Source: Myxococcota bacterium | GTDB taxonomy: Bacteria > Myxococcota_A > Polyangia > Polyangiales > Sandaracinaceae | DNA: 10,764 nucleotides | Assembly: GCA_036149055.1 (NCBI GenBank) | Contig: JAYZQJ010000197.1 | Coordinates: 1 to 10,764, forward strand | Reading direction: 5' to 3' | Part shown: piece after piece, positions 6,549 through 10,764 of the stretch | How positions within the stretch are numbered: the stretch's first letter is position 1 | How the letters are laid out: the number at the start of each line of letters is the position of its first letter | The notes under the pieces: generated by a model | The model's database searches: none | What the model saw: the letters and a program-made list of their open reading frames with translations, nothing else | Told to the model about the DNA's origin: nothing | Made by a program: the position numbers and the translations under genes

Positions 6549-7738
6549 GGCTCCCCGCCAGGCTCGTCATCGCGTCCGGGCTGGCGCTCCTCGCCGGCTG
6601 CGGGCCCGACTTCCTCGGGGGCGGCAGCTACCGCTGGGTCGGTGGCGGCCGGGAGGCCCCCGAGGTCAGCACCCGGGCCATCCGGCTCCGCTGGCGTCAG
6701 CAGATCTCCATCGACTACGAGGGCGCCTACGTGCCGGTGGAGCGCTCGCGCCCGGCGCTGGATCCGGGCCGCGATCGCCTCTACGTGGGCTCGGCGGCCG
6801 GTGAGATCTGGGCGATGACGGCCACCGGGGCCCGCATCTACACCTACGACGCCGGCTCGGGCATCGCCGCGCAGCCGACCCTCGACGTGCACCGGAACGA
6901 GCTGTTCGTGTCCACCGAGGGCGGGGTGGTGCACAAGCTCGACGCGAGCGACGGCGACCTGGCCTGGCGCTCGGAGGTCGGCGGCGCGATCAGCCGGGAG
7001 GCGGTCCTCACCGAAGACGCGATCTACGTGGTGAGCGACGACGACGTGGTCAGCGCGCTCGACCGCGAGACCGGCGAGGCGCTCTGGCGCTACCGGCGGG
7101 ACGCGCCCGAGGGCTTCTACGTGAGCGCGCACGCGGGCCTCACGCTCGCCGACGGGCACCTGCTCACGGCGTTCACCAGCGGCGTGGTCGTCAGCCTCGA
7201 CCCCGCCGACGGCGCGGTGCGCTGGGAGCGGGACACCGCCGCCGAGCTCGAGCCCGGGCCCGATGGCACCCCGCGCTTCGCCGACGTGGACACCACGCCC
7301 CTGGTCATCGACGACCTGGTCTACATCGCGAGCTTCGCGGGCGGGCTGTACGCGCTCGAGCTCGAGAGCGGGTCGGTGCGCTGGCGCGACGAGGCCCTCA
7401 CCGGCGTCACCCACATCACCGCGGCGAGCCGCCGCCTGCTCGTGCTCTCGAGCGCGGAGCTCGGCGTGGCCCTGGTGGACCGGGAAGATCGCGAGATCCT
7501 GTGGCGCAAGGTGCCCCCGCGCGGCGCGCCCGGCCCGGCCACCGTGACCGACGACCTCGTGCTCTTCGGCGAGAGCCAGGGCGGCTTCATCACCCTCTCG
7601 CTCACCACCGGCCGCGAGCTCGGGCGCATCGAGACCGGGCACGGCTTCAGCGCCCGCGCGGCGGTGGCCGACGGGCGCGGCTTCGTGCTCACCAACGGCG
7701 GCGTCCTGCTCGCCTTCGCGCTGCCCGGCGCTCGGTAG
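6545..7738 (+). CDS. bamB: PQQ-like beta-propeller lipoprotein, BamB-like
   Basis: 397 aa with lipobox LLAG-C. Repeated blade motifs: LDASDGDLAWR, ALDRETGEALWRY, SLDPADGAVRWE, DVDTTPLVIDDLVYIASFAGGLYALELESGSVRWR. Follows a yfgM-like gene. Orthology to BamB is inferred. Confidence 0.8.
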   Translation: MRLPARLVIASGLALLAGCGPDFLGGGSYRWVGGGREAPEVSTRAIRLRWRQQISIDYEGAYVPVERSRPALDPGRDRLYVGSAAGEIWAMTATGARIYTYDAGSGIAAQPTLDVHRNELFVSTEGGVVHKLDASDGDLAWRSEVGGAISREAVLTEDAIYVVSDDDVVSALDRETGEALWRYRRDAPEGFYVSAHAGLTLADGHLLTAFTSGVVVSLDPADGAVRWERDTAAELEPGPDGTPRFADVDTTPLVIDDLVYIASFAGGLYALELESGSVRWRDEALTGVTHITAASRRLLVLSSAELGVALVDREDREILWRKVPPRGAPGPATVTDDLVLFGESQGGFITLSLTTGRELGRIETGHGFSARAAVADGRGFVLTNGGVLLAFALPGAR

Positions 7739-7743
7739 ACCGG

Positions 7744-8085
7744 GTGCGCCGCCTGGCGATCGTCTCGGGCCTCGTCGGGCTGCTCGGCCTGCCGGCGTGC
7801 GGCTACGACGCGGCCACCGACGCCTGCTACTCCGTGCTCGACGTCTACGGCACCCGGCTCGTCGAGTGCGGGGGCTTCCCGACCGTCGAGCAGGCGGAGG
7901 CGGCGATCCTCGAGACCTGGTCGGCCGAGGCGGGCGCGCCGGTGGACTGCGACCGGACCCCGGTCGGGGTGCGCGACGAGCGGGAGCTCTACGACGAGTG
8001 CCTGCCGGCCCTCATGACGCTGCCTTGCGAGCGGGTCCACGAGGCCCCCTCGAGCTGCGACGCGCAGATCGTCTACCGTCGCTGA
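7744..8085 (+). CDS. Small Cys-rich lipoprotein, hypothetical
   Basis: GTG 5 nt after the bamB stop, in frame with ORF 7501..8085. MRRLAIVSGLVGLLGLPA-C lipobox. 113 aa with 6 further Cys (ECLPALMTLPC...PSSC). Typical GC3 bias. Confidence 0.72.
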   Translation: MRRLAIVSGLVGLLGLPACGYDAATDACYSVLDVYGTRLVECGGFPTVEQAEAAILETWSAEAGAPVDCDRTPVGVRDERELYDECLPALMTLPCERVHEAPSSCDAQIVYRR

Positions 8086-8088
8086 CGG

Positions 8089-8117
8089 TTGCCGGGCGCG
8101 CCCGGGGCCGCTAATTC
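8089..8117 (+). promoter_or_regulatory. Possible sigma70-type promoter for the metal-efflux operon
   Basis: TTGCCG (8089-8094), 17 nt spacer, TAATTC (8112-8117), ending 9 nt before ATG 8127. Confidence 0.4.
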
Positions 8118-8126
8118 TGTCCGCGG

Positions 8127-8462
8127 ATGTCCTCGTTCTCACGCGCCCTGTTCGTGGGCCTCGTGACCCTCGCCATCTCGTGGCCGGGGGGCGGGGTCTC
8201 GGAGCGCGTCGAGGACGAGTGCCGCTGCGAGTCGGCCTCCGCCGACGCCTCCAGCGCGCACGAGGACGCGGAGACCGCGCACGAGACCTGCCCGCCCGAC
8301 TGTGACGGCTGCTCGTGCTGCGGCGCGGTGACCGCGATCGCGGCCGCGTCGTCTCCCTGGACGACCGTGGTCCCGGTCCGGCCGGCCCCGCGCTCGTTCT
8401 CGATGGAGAGCGACGCGCCTCCGGGCACGCGCGCCGGCGTCTTCCGTCCGCCGAGAGCCTGA
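8127..8462 (+). CDS. Cys-rich exported leader-like protein (DUF2946/CzcI-like architecture) ending in FRPPRA
   Basis: 111 aa. Hydrophobic N-terminus (ALFVGLVTLAISW), CRC and HETCPPDCDGCSCC clusters, and a Pro-rich tail DAPPGTRAGVFRPPRA-stop. First gene ahead of a heavy-metal RND operon. Confidence 0.72.
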   Translation: MSSFSRALFVGLVTLAISWPGGGVSERVEDECRCESASADASSAHEDAETAHETCPPDCDGCSCCGAVTAIAAASSPWTTVVPVRPAPRSFSMESDAPPGTRAGVFRPPRA

Positions 8463-8617
8463 GCCGCACCTCCGAGATCACCGGTCCGTCTCGAGGCGGC
8501 GCATCTCCGTGTCCGCTCGGCGCCCGAGCGCGGCCGCCCGCTCCCTTCACGGGGCGAGGCGCGTCGCCCGGCGCCCCGGTTCCCATCCACCTCGACCCCG
8601 AAACCAAGGAGGCGCAC

Positions 8618-8932
8618 GTGCGCGCTCATCTCTCCATCCTGTCCGTCCTGCTCCTGACCCTCTCGCTCCTCGGCTGCGCCGAAGAGAGCGCCCCGACTCC
8701 CTCCGGCGAGTCCGCCCACGCCCCGTCCGCCGCCGTGCCCGGCTCGCACGAGGACTGGTGCGGCGAGCACGGCGTGCCCGAGTCCATGTGCACGCGCTGC
8801 AACGCGGCCCTGATCCCGGCCTTCCAGGCGACCGGCGATTGGTGCGGCGAGCACGGGCTGCCCGAGTCCCAGTGCCGCGCCTGCAACCCGGACCTCGTCA
8901 TCGAACGCCCGGCGCCCTCGAGCGGCGGTTGA
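8618..8932 (+). CDS. Small lipoprotein with two WCxEHGxPESxCxxCN putative metal-binding repeats
   Basis: SD AAGGAGG at 8606-8612 and GTG at 8618. Lipobox SLLG-C. 104 aa. Repeats DWCGEHGVPESMCTRCN and DWCGEHGLPESQCRACN. Confidence 0.85.
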   Translation: MRAHLSILSVLLLTLSLLGCAEESAPTPSGESAHAPSAAVPGSHEDWCGEHGVPESMCTRCNAALIPAFQATGDWCGEHGLPESQCRACNPDLVIERPAPSSGG

Positions 8933-8942
8933 AGGGCGGCTG

Positions 8943-10292
8943 ATGCGCTGGCACCTGCAGAGCTGGCTCGCCGCCTGTCTGTCGTTCTCGGTCGCGGCCT
9001 GCGGTCCGGCCGAGAGCGGCAGCCCGGAGCCCGAGCGGCGGGCCTCCCGCGATCCCGACGCGATGTGCGAGGAGCACGGCGTGCTCGAGGCGGTGTGCAC
9101 GCTGTGCAACCCGGCGCTGGTGCCCGTGTTCCGGGCGCGCGGCGACTTCTGCGAGGCGCACGAGCTGCCGGAGTCGGTCTGCCCGGTCTGCCACCCCGAG
9201 GCGGGCGGGCGACCGAGCCGGGCGGTGGGCAGCGACGGCGCGCCGGCCGACGGAACGCGGGTGCGCCTGGCCTCGCCCGAGCTCGCCGCGCGGATCGGCA
9301 TCGAGGTCGTCGAGGCGACCGCGGCCCCCGGGCACCGGGAGGTCCTGGCCACCGCGCGCGTCACCTACGATCCCTCGCGCGTCGCCCACCTCAACCCGCG
9401 CGCCCCCGGGGTCGTGCGGGCCGTGCACGCCGATCTCGGCGACCCGGTGAGCCCCGGCGATCCGCTCGCGACCGTGGCGAGCGCCGAGGTGGGCGCGGCC
9501 GCCACGCAGGTCGCCGCCGCCCGCTCCCGGCTCGAGGTGGCGGAGGCGAACCTCACCCGCGCCGAGCGGCTCGAGGGCGTCGTCTCGGAGCGCGATCGCC
9601 TGAGCGCCCGGCGCGAGCGGGACGAGGCGCGGGCCGCGCTCGCGTCGCTCCGCTCCGCGCTCGGGGTCGTGGGCCGCACGCGCGGCGCCGAGTACAGCCT
9701 GCGTGCGCCGATCGCCGGCGTCGTGACCCGCCGCACCGCGAGCCTCGGCGCCTTCGTCGAGGGCGACGCGGTCCTCTTCACCGTCGCCGACGCCTCCCGC
9801 GTCCAGGTGGAGCTCGAGATCCCCGAGGACGCGCTCGCCGGCGTGGCCCCGGGGCAGACCGTCGCGATCACGGTGGACGCGCTCGGCGATCGCGTCTTCG
9901 AGGCGCCGCTCGACTATCTCGCCCCGGAGATCGATCCGCACACCCGGACCGCGCTGGGGCGCGTCGCGCTCGACAACCCCGACGGCGCGCTGCGGGCTCG
10001 CATGTTCGGCCGGGCCCGGGTGAGGGTGCCCCGCGACGACGGGGCCATCCTGGTGCCGCGCGGCGCGGTGCAGCGAGCCCGGGGCGCGACCCTGATCTTC
10101 GTCCGGCAGGCCCCGGAGCTGTTCGAGGCGCGCCGGGTCGAGGTCGTCGATCGGCCCGGCGATCCGGACCGCGTCGAGGTCCGGGGGAGGGTGGCCGCCG
10201 GGGACGAGGTCGTCGTCGACGGCGCCTTCCTCCTCCGCACCGAGACGGTCAGCGACAGCATCGGGGCGGGCTGCTGCGAGGGTGAGGAGTGA
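8943..10292 (+). CDS. Heavy-metal RND efflux periplasmic adaptor (CzcB/CusB family) with N-terminal Cys/His domain and C-terminal GAGCC
   Basis: 449 aa with lipobox-like VAA-C. MFP hallmarks: PRAPGVVRAVHADLGDPVSPGDPLA (lipoyl half), alpha-hairpin, LRAPIAGVV, PEIDPHTRT, LDNPDGALRARMFG, LVPRGAVQ, GDEVVVDGAFLL. Confidence 0.93.
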   Translation: MRWHLQSWLAACLSFSVAACGPAESGSPEPERRASRDPDAMCEEHGVLEAVCTLCNPALVPVFRARGDFCEAHELPESVCPVCHPEAGGRPSRAVGSDGAPADGTRVRLASPELAARIGIEVVEATAAPGHREVLATARVTYDPSRVAHLNPRAPGVVRAVHADLGDPVSPGDPLATVASAEVGAAATQVAAARSRLEVAEANLTRAERLEGVVSERDRLSARRERDEARAALASLRSALGVVGRTRGAEYSLRAPIAGVVTRRTASLGAFVEGDAVLFTVADASRVQVELEIPEDALAGVAPGQTVAITVDALGDRVFEAPLDYLAPEIDPHTRTALGRVALDNPDGALRARMFGRARVRVPRDDGAILVPRGAVQRARGATLIFVRQAPELFEARRVEVVDRPGDPDRVEVRGRVAAGDEVVVDGAFLLRTETVSDSIGAGCCEGEE

Positions 10293-10764
10293 TGCTCGCG
10301 CGGATTCTCGACTGGTCGCTCCGCCACCGCGCCCTCGTCCTGATCGCGTGGGCCGGGATCGCGCTCGCCGGCGTCCTGTCCTGGCTCCGCCTGCCGATCG
10401 ACGCGTTCCCGGACACCACCCCGGTGCAGGTCCAGGTGAACACCGTGGCGCCCGCGCTCGCCCCGCTCGAGATCGAGCGGCAGATCACCATCCCGGTCGA
10501 GGCGAGCGTCGGCGGGCTGCCCGGGCTCTCGGAGGTGCGCTCGGTCTCCAAGTTCGGCTTCTCGCAGGTCACGGCGACCTTCGAGGAGGGCACCGACGTC
10601 TACCTGGCCCGGCAGACGGTGTCGGAGCGTCTGCAGGGCGTGAGCCTCCCGCGCGGCGTCGACCGGCCCACCCTCGGCCCGGTGGCGCCCGGGCTCGGGG
10701 CGGGGGGGCACTACCTGCGCCCCGGCGAGCGCTCGCGCCGCGAGCTCCGGCCGATCCACGAGTG
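10292..10764 (+). CDS. czcA: CzcA/CusA-family heavy-metal RND permease, 5' part only (runs off the window)
   Basis: ATG overlaps the adaptor stop (TGATG). Manual translation gives MLARILDWSLRHRALVLIAWAGIALAGVLSWLRLPIDAFPDTTPVQVQVNTVAPALAPLEIERQITIPVE...EVRSVSKFGFSQVTATFEEGTDVYLARQTVSERL, a typical HME-RND N-terminus. Absent from the ORF track because it has no stop codon. Metal specificity cannot be assigned. Confidence 0.92.
   Translation, partial: MLARILDWSLRHRALVLIAWAGIALAGVLSWLRLPIDAFPDTTPVQVQVNTVAPALAPLEIERQITIPVEASVGGLPGLSEVRSVSKFGFSQVTATFEEGTDVYLARQTVSERLQGVSLPRGVDRPTLGPVAPGLGAGGHYLRPGERSRRELRPIHE

Noticed and set aside
9180..9194. CPVCH as a c-type heme attachment site in the adaptor
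   Set aside because: The three homologous repeats read CxxCN, so the His is a variable position in a Cys3His-type motif. Heme attachment is unlikely though not excluded.
5019..10759. Long antisense and alternative-frame ORFs (e.g. 5019..6218, 6161..7642, 7321..8607, 8111..9364, 8898..9941, 9065..10285, 9914..10759)
   Set aside because: Shadow ORFs of well-supported genes in high-GC DNA, with low-complexity Arg/Gly/Pro translations and no family motifs.

Overview
Very GC-rich window, most likely from a myxobacterium (Myxococcota, possibly Sandaracinaceae/Polyangiales). That placement is inferred from the Cys/Asp-repeat lipoproteins and gene content, not from a search. Gene order: two short direct repeats; aspartate kinase (lysC/ask); a ~1.1 kb non-coding mosaic repeat array; a ComEA-like HhH protein; a lipoprotein with 9 CxDGxDNDxDGxxDC repeats; a convergent small outer-membrane beta-barrel; a yfgM-like TPR gene coupled to a bamB-like beta-propeller lipoprotein; a small Cys-rich lipoprotein; and the start of a heavy-metal RND efflux operon. 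That operon comprises a Cys-rich Pro-Pro-terminated leader-like ORF, a stand-alone CxEH...CxxC lipoprotein, a periplasmic adaptor carrying the same motif, and the 5' end of a CzcA/CusA permease. The two most interesting signals are (1) the candidate metal-sensing arrest/leader peptide with its chaperone-like lipoprotein ahead of the pump, and (2) the highly self-complementary modular repeat family that flanks lysC on both sides.
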